Part shown: piece after piece, positions 9,762 to 17,821 of the stretch | How positions within the stretch are numbered: position 1 is the stretch's first letter | How the letters are laid out: every line of letters starts with the position of its first letter | IMG/VR virus record: IMGVR_UViG_3300020057_001232 | Span: 1-64,000 of that record | Strand: one strand, 5' to 3' | Length of the DNA: 64,000 nt | Source of the DNA: a virus | Notes under the pieces: model-generated | Databases searched by the model: none | Seen by the model: the letters and a program-made list of their open reading frames with translations, nothing else | Told to the model about the DNA's origin: nothing | Program-made: the position numbers and the translations under genes

Positions 9762-10001
9762 TCAGTCTTCGTCTTCTTCTTCGTCCCAAGCTTCTTCAGC
9801 GAGGTCTTCGAGATCTTCTTCGTCGAGTTCAACAGGATCATCGTCGGCGTCGAGGTTGTCTAAATCCTCGTCTTCGTCGAAATCATCTTCGTCGTACTCT
9901 TCTTCGTCTGTTTCTTCCTCGTCTGTTTCTTCCTCGTCGTCCTCTTCGGGGTCGTCGAGGGGTCGAATATCCTCATCTTCGGTTTTGTATTTCGTAGGCA
10001 C
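9762..10001 (-). CDS. Highly acidic small protein
   Basis: About 51 of 79 residues are D/E; GGAGG RBS. Confidence 0.55.
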   Translation of the reverse strand: MPTKYKTEDEDIRPLDDPEEDDEEETDEEETDEEEYDEDDFDEDEDLDNLDADDDPVELDEEDLEDLAEEAWDEEEDED

Positions 10002-10213
10002 TAAGTAACCCTCCTGAAAGTTGCACAGAATCTTTCTGTGTCTTATTCTTTCTCAAACTCTTTATTAAGCTTGCCTACGAGCTTGTTTTTTGCCTCGATA
10101 AGCTCGGTGCGGCAGATGGCAACGACGAAACCAACGACGACACCTAAGCTAAATCCAACTAGACCTAAGATCATAAATTCTCCTGACTGGTTATTGGTAC
10201 CGTTCCATCATAC

Positions 10214-10252
10214 AAAAAAGAGGGAGGAGCACAAGCCTCTCCCTCTTTTTTT
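10214..10252. terminator. Bidirectional intrinsic terminator
   Basis: AAAAAAGAGGGAGG...CCTCTCCCTCTTTTTT. Confidence 0.6.
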
Positions 10253-10269
10253 AACCTGCTAAGGGAACC

Positions 10270-10884
10270 TCAGTCGGTGATAGCACGGGCAAGTGCTTCG
10301 CTGATCGTCATGTTGCCGAGATCTTCAGCAGTCATGGTGTCAACGATGTCGTACTTAGCGCCTTGGGAAACGAGGTCGTCGTCGAGGGACTTCAGGAACT
10401 TCGTAGCTCCGTCGTCGCCGCCGATTTGGACAAACTGCACGCCAAGCTCTTCGTCACGGTCCATTTTCTTGGACGCTTCGATGATAACACGCTTGACCTT
10501 AGCAGGATCGTTCGGAGCGCCGTCTGTTACAACGACGATAATTTCGCCGTTGGCTTTCGTCTCGTTTTGCGCCTTGCGCTTGAAGTAGCCGTTGAAAGCA
10601 TCTTCGAGAACTTCAGCAAGAGCCGTGGAGCCGTTTGGCTCTTCGGTTGTGAAGATCTGCTTCACTTTGTCGTCAAGCACGTTCTCATGCTTGTTGAACG
10701 TTCCTGCGAACGTGTAAAGCGTGATTCCGTCAGGATCAAGCTGTTGGATCTTACGAGCGACAGCTTCGGTGCCTTCCCGTGCTGCGTCCCAACGGCTTTT
10801 GCCGCCCGGTTGATCGGTTTCGCCCATCGAACCGCTGCGGTCAATGATAAGTGTGTAGTCACGATTGTCGAGTGCTGCGCTCAT
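10270..10884 (-). CDS. vWA domain protein
   Basis: MIDAS DRSGSM, ST.L and VVTDG motifs; paralog of 37788-38422. Confidence 0.8.
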   Translation of the reverse strand: MSAALDNRDYTLIIDRSGSMGETDQPGGKSRWDAAREGTEAVARKIQQLDPDGITLYTFAGTFNKHENVLDDKVKQIFTTEEPNGSTALAEVLEDAFNGYFKRKAQNETKANGEIIVVVTDGAPNDPAKVKRVIIEASKKMDRDEELGVQFVQIGGDDGATKFLKSLDDDLVSQGAKYDIVDTMTAEDLGNMTISEALARAITD

Positions 10885-10980
10885 AGGACCTGCCTCCAAA
10901 ATTGTATAACTGATTGTCTTGAGCAATCACCTTACCGAGCTGGATGCGAAACGCAAGAAGAAAACGAGCCTGCTTATTTT

Positions 10981-11556
10981 TTAGTCATCTGGGGAGACAT
11001 AAGACTTCCAGCTCTCTTTCCATGTACGTGTCAGACGGAACCTAACCGCCGTAGGGCGCTTTGGTTTCGATCTGAGCACCATGCCTGCCTCTTTAGGAGT
11101 CATGTTGTCCTTCTTGCCGTTGCATTGACGACAGCAGGTAACGAGGTTCGACCAAGAGTTGATCCGTCCATCCATGTTGAACTCCTTCGCACGAGAGCGC
11201 GGAATTACGTGATCTACGGTCAGATCCTTAGAGGCACCACAGTATTGGCACTCAAAGTCGTCCCTTAAAAAGACGTTCTGCGAAGTTAAGTTGATATTTT
11301 TGGAAAAAACCTTGTCGTGATCGGTCAGCTTGATAACTTCCGGCGCAATGTAGATACGGCTCGGCGTCCGCACGGCACGGTCAAGCTTACCGAAGGCATG
11401 TGTGGACCACGCCTCAATGTCATAACTGACCCATTGATGATCCATCACAAGTGCTTTCTTCTGAAAAAGAAGACGTAAAGCCCTCTCGACTGTCATCACG
11501 CACAGTGGGAAGCAATTACGGTTAAGCACGAGCACTTTGTCGGCAAGGATATCCAC
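10981..11556 (-). CDS. HNH endonuclease (McrA-like)
   Basis: VLVLN; RDDFECQYCG...LTVDHVIPRS...W.NLVTCC..CN..K. Confidence 0.85.
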   Translation of the reverse strand: MDILADKVLVLNRNCFPLCVMTVERALRLLFQKKALVMDHQWVSYDIEAWSTHAFGKLDRAVRTPSRIYIAPEVIKLTDHDKVFSKNINLTSQNVFLRDDFECQYCGASKDLTVDHVIPRSRAKEFNMDGRINSWSNLVTCCRQCNGKKDNMTPKEAGMVLRSKPKRPTAVRFRLTRTWKESWKSYVSPDD

Positions 11557-11768
11557 TAGTCTTTTTTGATAAGCACCACGATTACGTCTTTATCGCTGTA
11601 CTGCTTTGTGTGCGGCGTGTAGCGAACGTGATGAATCAACCTTTCTACAACAAAAATTCCTTTTTCACCGAGGTCTATCCAGTCACCCCTGTTGAGGGGC
11701 TGAGCCGGAACGTACCTGATGTTGACTTCTTCACCTTCGATTTCCAGAAACACCTTAGACTGTAGCAT
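11556..11768 (-). CDS. Hypothetical protein
   Basis: 70-aa ORF coupled to the HNH gene. Confidence 0.45.
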   Translation of the reverse strand: MLQSKVFLEIEGEEVNIRYVPAQPLNRGDWIDLGEKGIFVVERLIHHVRYTPHTKQYSDKDVIVVLIKKD

Positions 11769-11794
11769 ATATAAGCATTCCTTCAGCTAAATTT

Positions 11795-14700
11795 TTACCG
11801 TTCGTAAGACACCAGATCAAGAGCCTTAGAAGGCTTACGCACCGAAGGTACTGGTGCCGATTTCCACATCTCATCGGCTTGGTTCTCGATACTCGTCATG
11901 AGGGCATCTAAGCTCTTCCGACGCCCGTCCCACGGCGTCAGATCGCCGTACTTCAGACCGATCTCAAACTCCATCTCAATGGGGATAGCGAGGTTACAAT
12001 TCCAGTGGTCTTCGATGTACTTCTGCATATCCGCAACGAAGCACTGCTTCATAATCGGAAGTATCAGCCGCACGTCCTCTAACGGTGCTTGGACAAGGCA
12101 GGAGTCGTGGACGATGTTTTGAACTAGCCACCGGTCTTCAAGGTTATTGTCGAAGATATGCTGCATGAACGTAAACATGCCGATAGTGCCCGCATCTGAG
12201 CTTTGACCTTGGATCGAGCTGTTCATTGCCTTGCGGTCGGCATCAGTCTGAAACTTCCATTCGTTGAGGCTAAAGAGGTGATCTAGACGACGACGGCGAC
12301 CCATGAAGGTCTCGACGTAGCCTTTCTCTTTCGCAAGCTTTGGGATCTCTTTTAGATAAGTCTCAAGGTCAGGGAACGCCGAGAAGTAGGCTTTCATCTT
12401 CTCTTCCCCTTCCTCCGGCGACCATCCATTGCGTTGGCATAAAGTCTTCACGGTCATACCGAAAAGAAGCCCAAAAGTTATGCAATTTTTAGATGTTACG
12501 CCACCCGCAGTAAACGTGTGCGACGAGTCCGCAACCTCGATATCATATACTTTCTGTCTCTCCTCTTTCACTACTTTGCGAGTGACCGGAGCGAGGTACG
12601 CCTTGGTTTTGTAAAGCCAGTTAATGTCGTTGGCGACCTCGTTTCCTTCTTCCTCAGACCAAGCCTTTAGAGCAGCAAGGACGTATAGATTCTTGTCGAG
12701 CCAGTTATAGGTGATCTCAGTCAAACCGTTAGTAGTGATGCGAGTTCCAAACTTTACCTTCTCGTCGCCGATCTTAAAATATGTCCCTCGGCAGTCTGTC
12801 TTGTACTTCTCGCGCAGTCGGCGGAGTAATGCGTCTAAGCCGTAAATACCATCAAAACTACGGCAGTCGCTGACTGCCAATGCTTTCGTCTGTTTATTTG
12901 CGGAGACAAAACCTACGGTGCGTGCGAAGACGGCGGCATCGCGCACTCGCAGCCTAAGACCATAGTAGGTCCGTACTTCGCGCCCTACGGGGGTCGTGTG
13001 CTCCTCGGAGAAGAGGACGCTTACCATACCAAGATTGAAAAGAAGCTGCTGAATGTCCGTCATCAGCTTTTTAGATGCCGACATAACCACTACAGCATTG
13101 TTTTTGACTGTGCCGTCGCCCTCGAAGTAGGCACGCAGGAAGTTAATCACCTCTTCGCGTGTGGAGCGAAAAATGATGTCAGGCACACTCTTAGTAGAGG
13201 AGTAGCTCTTCTCTAATCCGACATGCTCAAGGTAGCGTCCAACCTTTGAAGGCAGTCTGCCAATACTGTTACCAGAGTAGGAGTAGTGCCGGTACCGTAG
13301 CTGATATCCAAAACATGATTCAACACAGTGCTGAAAATCGGCTAGAAGCTCTTGCGAGCCTTCTCTACTTGCTGCAAAAATCCAGTTCTGAGTATCGCCT
13401 TCAGCAACCATGTAGCCTAAGATACGAGCCAGAGCGGGGCTCATTTTCGTTGGGAGCTTTGGAACGTTCGCGTGGTGACGACTCCCCAACAAGGACTTGA
13501 GGCGTTTCTCAACTTGAGCCTCACTCTGAAGCGGCGTACCTGGGTTAAGTTTTTTGTAATCGTCGGTCGTCAGGTTATGGACCCTAAGATGCTGGTTTAG
13601 ATTGCCAAACTGTCCATCACAGATCCTGCAAAATACAGTCTCTGAAAAAAAGGTCTTTGGAGTAAGCTCCGCAATTTCCGGTGAAGTCTCCGCCCAAAGA
13701 CCTCCTTCGCGAGGAATTACTAGAAGATCGCCTTCCCTGATATCCTTCAGAGTAACTTCCGTAAGAGCGCAGTCGCGCCAAACGATGAGAGGATGATCGG
13801 CGTCTCCCTCAAGTGTGTTACCTAGCTCTGTCTCAATAACTACAGTGCTGTTCACCCACTTATGGTTCACGGCTAAAATGTCGGCGATGCCGTTGCGCGA
13901 CTTCACTTGCATACCAGCAAGCATCTGCACCCACTTCGAGTCGTCTTTGTCCCCAACAAGGTCTTCGATCTTTAGGACCCCTTTAGACGTGTAGAGAAGG
14001 GTTGAGCCTACGAGGCATTTAGCTGCTTGTCTCATTTCTTTAGATACCTTCTCCGCAGGCATCCCAAACATCAAACTAGCCGTTCGACGGTGAAGGTCGG
14101 CAAGCAAACCTGCCGCTGCAAAGTCTCCATCCGAGATCGAGTCGTCGTTGATCGCAGCCTCAATGAGCTTGGCGGATTCACTGAAGATGGAGATCAAGTT
14201 CTTGTCTTGGCTGAAAAGAGCTGCCCAACGGACTTCAGCGGTCTTGTAGTCACCTTGGATAAGACAGGTTCCGTTTGGAAACCGCATCGACGGCGGCTCC
14301 GCTTGGAACATGTTTTTCACCTCTTTAGCTAGCTTGATCTTACCTGCGGGGAGCTGCTGCAAGTTTGGATTTGAGCCGGAGTTGTGTATGCATATTTCAT
14401 TAGCTATGAAGTTGTGCTCGTCTTCGACCTCTAAGTCATAAACATTTACAGGCACATCTAGATACTCAATTTTAGTAACGATATGATTGCGTCGGATACC
14501 GTAAAATTCAAAAAGCGTCTTAAGTTTGCGGAAACCAATTTTGAGCCGTCTAGCCCCAGTATCAATGTCTGCGACTCGGCTAGCTTTAGCTATTACTCCA
14601 CGAGATAGGTAACCGTAGTCGCTGTACCTAAGTGCGACCGCTTTAAGATCCACACCAACATCTGAGCATTTTTTCTTAAATGTGGCGAAATCAGTTACGT

Positions 14701-17416
14701 GACTGTGTTCCACAGCATAAACTGGTCGTCCTTTAGAATAGGCTAGAGATTTTAAAATTTGCCATTTGGTAACTCTCTTGAACATGCCGTGGTTTTCACC
14801 GTGAAGTGCGTTCCTATCCGCAAGATGAGCCATCCGCAAATAGCCAAGCCTTTTCTCGACATACTCAGGATTTTGTGCCCGCTCCAGCATATGCTCTGCG
14901 GCGTGTGCGGCGTGTGCGGCGGCTGTCATACCTTGAAGGTTTTCAACTGCGTTATTAAGTTTATTACCGTCGATGTGATGCACATGCTCAGGCATGTCAC
15001 CATGGACTTCTCGGTAGATCAACCTGTGTTCTCTAATTTCCCGATCTCTCGAATGTAAACGCCCGTAGCCTGATGTTGTCGATCTTCCTAGAGCTAGTAA
15101 TGACTGGTTGACCACTAGATCTTTAGCTTGGACATAAGAACCGTCGATAAGACGGACTCTGTGCTCGGGTGTCACATCGAGATAGCCGACATGCTTCCTT
15201 CCCTGACCTAACCAGTGAATCCGTACAACCTTCTTAAACCCTGTTTTTCCAGCCCAAAGAACCTTCTTAACCCTAAGGTTAAGCTGATCGTCGTAGCAGT
15301 AGACTAGATCACCTTCCTTGATCGACTCTATAGGAAGCCCCTTTGGTGCTTTGGATACGTCTCTTACGCAGTCGATCAACGTGCCTTCGGCTACGCAAAG
15401 CCTGCCCGTGGCTGTCCCATGCAGGTTGTAGGAGGCACGAACCCGAGAGTCTATGCTGTCGCCTTTCGGGTTACGGATGAAACCTTCCATGCTGTCAAGG
15501 TACGCCGTGCCTAGCTTTTTCAGCTTGCGGTATTCGCTTTCAAGCTTGAGTGCATTGTCTTTAAAGATGGGCGTGCCGTCTTTGTCGTCCATCCGAACCG
15601 GAACGCCGTAGACGGAAGCATATTTCTCTTTGATCGTCGGCGTGTCTTTGTAGACAACGGGCAAGGCGTAGTTCTCTAAAAACCCAGAGTCGAGTTTGCC
15701 TTTTTTGGTCTTCTTCGAGAACTTAATCGGCTGAAGCTGCAAGAAATCTAAAAAGAACAACTCTTGTTGGTCTTGCTTGTTGAGGTCAAGCTTAGGTAGT
15801 TCTTCTTCCTCGTCGAAGCTCCAAAGGCTTTCATACTCGGCTGCGTTCTTAGACTTGCCACCAATCTCTTCTTTGTAACGCTTACGAAAGTCTAAAACTT
15901 CCGGCAGAGTTTGCAGATCGTTTTCAATTTCTTTAATACGGTTCCAAATCGGAGAGTCTTCGCTTTGGAGGTAGCCGAGGTGCTCAGGCTTTACCCAAAG
16001 ACCGTTGCATTCCATGACGGCGACGGCACGGCTAGCAGGGAAGTAGTAATGCTTCTGAAATTTGCGGAGAAGCTTTGCAGCTCCCTCAGGCTGAATCACA
16101 GATAGCTCTTGTTCTTTACGAGCTACAGCTTTGGTCAAGATCGTATCGGAGCCGCCGTAAGTATAAAGCTGATCGAGACGCAGCTCTTCAAGCGACCCGT
16201 CGCCTCTCTTCTCAAGGCTTTCTTCCTCAAAGAGGAAGTTAAACATTTCGACGCCTAAAGTTTTAAGCGAAAACGGTGAGCCTGAAAGCTGACCGGCTAA
16301 CTCTTTCCGGTTCTCGTCAAGCCAGTGCATCCCTAGCATCGTACACCACCACGGAATGCAGCCTTTCTTCTTAGGTATGATCTTCATCAACCCGTAGAGG
16401 ACCGAAAGGTCGAACTTGATGTTGTGACCAATGAACCACAAGATGTTGGTCTCTTCCGGCGTCGAGTTGATTAAGCCATTCATCCGCTCGGCGAGCTGCT
16501 TCTTCAGAACCGGATCGGCAAAGAGTGGCTTTTCCCTATGCTCGATAGGAAAGACCGTAGCCTCGCCGTGGACATGGCTAAATTGCCACGTCAAAAATTT
16601 GTTATTCCACACACGGTTCAGTCCTTCGGTTTCGGTGTCGAAGGCAACTGTGGACTTTTCTTTCAAACCACGCCGCAAAAAGTCTAAGTAGTCAAAAACA
16701 TCTTTGACTGTTTCAAGCGGGGTGATCTTTTTTATCTCGATTGGTTCAGGTAAAACTCTTTTCAACCTTGGCATGAAGTGGCTAGCCAAGTGTAAAGCGT
16801 CTTCCTTTAAGAAGCGGACGCTAGCGGGGGCTGCTACGACGGTTCCCGGTGCAATAGCCACAAAGACTTTAGTCGTGAAGCCACCTTCAAAGATCATCGT
16901 GAAGGTTTTACCACGTAAGTTTTGAAAGTTTTGCTCTTGCTTAGGCGGTAAGTCTTCCTTGTTAATGGCGTGATCGTACAAATTTTTGAAAACAGAAGCC
17001 CCAAATGCACACAACATTTCGGGTTGGTGAAAGAGAAGCTCCTTTAGAAAATGTGAAAAACACAAGTTAGCTTCGAAGACTGTCGGCTTTGCCTTTTCTA
17101 AGTATGCCCGGAAGGTTTTTGTGACATAATAAGGAACACTCAAAGCCGTTAGCTCTATGAAACTCGCAATGAAGACTTCGTGCATGATTTTGCCTGCGAT
17201 GTGGCAGGCAGGCGTGCGGAGGTCGGACTCGTCTTGGGTCACGTTGTCGGTGACGAAGAAGATCCGTGCTTTCGGACGACCAGTGAGGAAACCTTGCGAC
17301 GGCACCTGCTTACAGGTTTGAAACTGAGGGCAGTTGTCCTGTTTGCAGTTCGGCTCGCTAGTGGAGTGCTTCTTGCGAAGGCTTTTTGCAAATTCTTCAA
17401 CTTTCCAGTTAGCCAT
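11795..17416 (-). CDS. Family A DNA polymerase with N-terminal UDG-like domain, 3'-5' exonuclease and two inteins
   Basis: Exo motifs DTETEGL and HNIKFD; TATGRL|SGSNPNLQQ; motif A DYKTAEVR; motif B RQAAK|CITFGLLFG; motif C VHDS; Cys-containing UDG-4-like N-terminus. Confidence 0.9.
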   Translation of the reverse strand: MANWKVEEFAKSLRKKHSTSEPNCKQDNCPQFQTCKQVPSQGFLTGRPKARIFFVTDNVTQDESDLRTPACHIAGKIMHEVFIASFIELTALSVPYYVTKTFRAYLEKAKPTVFEANLCFSHFLKELLFHQPEMLCAFGASVFKNLYDHAINKEDLPPKQEQNFQNLRGKTFTMIFEGGFTTKVFVAIAPGTVVAAPASVRFLKEDALHLASHFMPRLKRVLPEPIEIKKITPLETVKDVFDYLDFLRRGLKEKSTVAFDTETEGLNRVWNNKFLTWQFSHVHGEATVFPIEHREKPLFADPVLKKQLAERMNGLINSTPEETNILWFIGHNIKFDLSVLYGLMKIIPKKKGCIPWWCTMLGMHWLDENRKELAGQLSGSPFSLKTLGVEMFNFLFEEESLEKRGDGSLEELRLDQLYTYGGSDTILTKAVARKEQELSVIQPEGAAKLLRKFQKHYYFPASRAVAVMECNGLWVKPEHLGYLQSEDSPIWNRIKEIENDLQTLPEVLDFRKRYKEEIGGKSKNAAEYESLWSFDEEEELPKLDLNKQDQQELFFLDFLQLQPIKFSKKTKKGKLDSGFLENYALPVVYKDTPTIKEKYASVYGVPVRMDDKDGTPIFKDNALKLESEYRKLKKLGTAYLDSMEGFIRNPKGDSIDSRVRASYNLHGTATGRLCVAEGTLIDCVRDVSKAPKGLPIESIKEGDLVYCYDDQLNLRVKKVLWAGKTGFKKVVRIHWLGQGRKHVGYLDVTPEHRVRLIDGSYVQAKDLVVNQSLLALGRSTTSGYGRLHSRDREIREHRLIYREVHGDMPEHVHHIDGNKLNNAVENLQGMTAAAHAAHAAEHMLERAQNPEYVEKRLGYLRMAHLADRNALHGENHGMFKRVTKWQILKSLAYSKGRPVYAVEHSHVTDFATFKKKCSDVGVDLKAVALRYSDYGYLSRGVIAKASRVADIDTGARRLKIGFRKLKTLFEFYGIRRNHIVTKIEYLDVPVNVYDLEVEDEHNFIANEICIHNSGSNPNLQQLPAGKIKLAKEVKNMFQAEPPSMRFPNGTCLIQGDYKTAEVRWAALFSQDKNLISIFSESAKLIEAAINDDSISDGDFAAAGLLADLHRRTASLMFGMPAEKVSKEMRQAAKCLVGSTLLYTSKGVLKIEDLVGDKDDSKWVQMLAGMQVKSRNGIADILAVNHKWVNSTVVIETELGNTLEGDADHPLIVWRDCALTEVTLKDIREGDLLVIPREGGLWAETSPEIAELTPKTFFSETVFCRICDGQFGNLNQHLRVHNLTTDDYKKLNPGTPLQSEAQVEKRLKSLLGSRHHANVPKLPTKMSPALARILGYMVAEGDTQNWIFAASREGSQELLADFQHCVESCFGYQLRYRHYSYSGNSIGRLPSKVGRYLEHVGLEKSYSSTKSVPDIIFRSTREEVINFLRAYFEGDGTVKNNAVVVMSASKKLMTDIQQLLFNLGMVSVLFSEEHTTPVGREVRTYYGLRLRVRDAAVFARTVGFVSANKQTKALAVSDCRSFDGIYGLDALLRRLREKYKTDCRGTYFKIGDEKVKFGTRITTNGLTEITYNWLDKNLYVLAALKAWSEEEGNEVANDINWLYKTKAYLAPVTRKVVKEERQKVYDIEVADSSHTFTAGGVTSKNCITFGLLFGMTVKTLCQRNGWSPEEGEEKMKAYFSAFPDLETYLKEIPKLAKEKGYVETFMGRRRRLDHLFSLNEWKFQTDADRKAMNSSIQGQSSDAGTIGMFTFMQHIFDNNLEDRWLVQNIVHDSCLVQAPLEDVRLILPIMKQCFVADMQKYIEDHWNCNLAIPIEMEFEIGLKYGDLTPWDGRRKSLDALMTSIENQADEMWKSAPVPSVRKPSKALDLVSYER
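12485..14017 (-). mobile_element. Intein 2 in the DNA polymerase (LAGLIDADG type, with a Zn-finger insert)
   Basis: Begins CLVGSTL, ends GVTSKN before Cys; LGYMVAEGD and FLRAYFEGDG blocks; CRIC...HLRVH insert. Confidence 0.85.
14381..15397 (-). mobile_element. Intein 1 in the DNA polymerase (HNH endonuclease type)
   Basis: Begins CVAEGTL, ends VYDLEV..EHNF...IHN before Ser; HHIDGNKLNN HNH motif. Confidence 0.88.
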
Positions 17417-17514
17417 CTGCTGGTACTCCGCTCTGAGGGTTGCAATCTGGTGTAGAGTGTCTTAGAGTCTACCTCAAGAACAATCGTGTGCCAATCTAAC
17501 TAACATCGAAAAGG

Positions 17515-17799
17515 GTGGACCCTATGCAGGGCAATGTTATCCAGATGCCGACCTATAGCCAATATACCGACCGTGCAACGGGCTGGAACGCCATCGCAGG
17601 CTCCGATGTGCAGCGCCAGCGCAAGATCACACGCTACATGCTGTGCGTAAATCATGCACCAAATACCGACGCCAAAGAGCGTGCTGTAGTGCTCGCAACT
17701 AAAAACACCAGAACGGATTGGCAGCTCTTCGCAAAAGGCAAACCTCGTGATATGGTCGTACTCTTCGAGAGTTTAGATTCCAACAACGAGCTGCGATGA
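17515..17799 (+). CDS. Hypothetical protein
   Basis: ORF directly upstream of the helicase on the same strand. Confidence 0.45.
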   Translation: MDPMQGNVIQMPTYSQYTDRATGWNAIAGSDVQRQRKITRYMLCVNHAPNTDAKERAVVLATKNTRTDWQLFAKGKPRDMVVLFESLDSNNELR

Positions 17800-17821
17800 T
17801 GGCACGCAGAAAGGTCTCTTC

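Noticed and set aside
17474-17495. sigma54 promoter for the DNA polymerase (TGGCACACGATTGTT, minus strand)
   Set aside because: The -24 element matches but the conserved GC at -12 is missing
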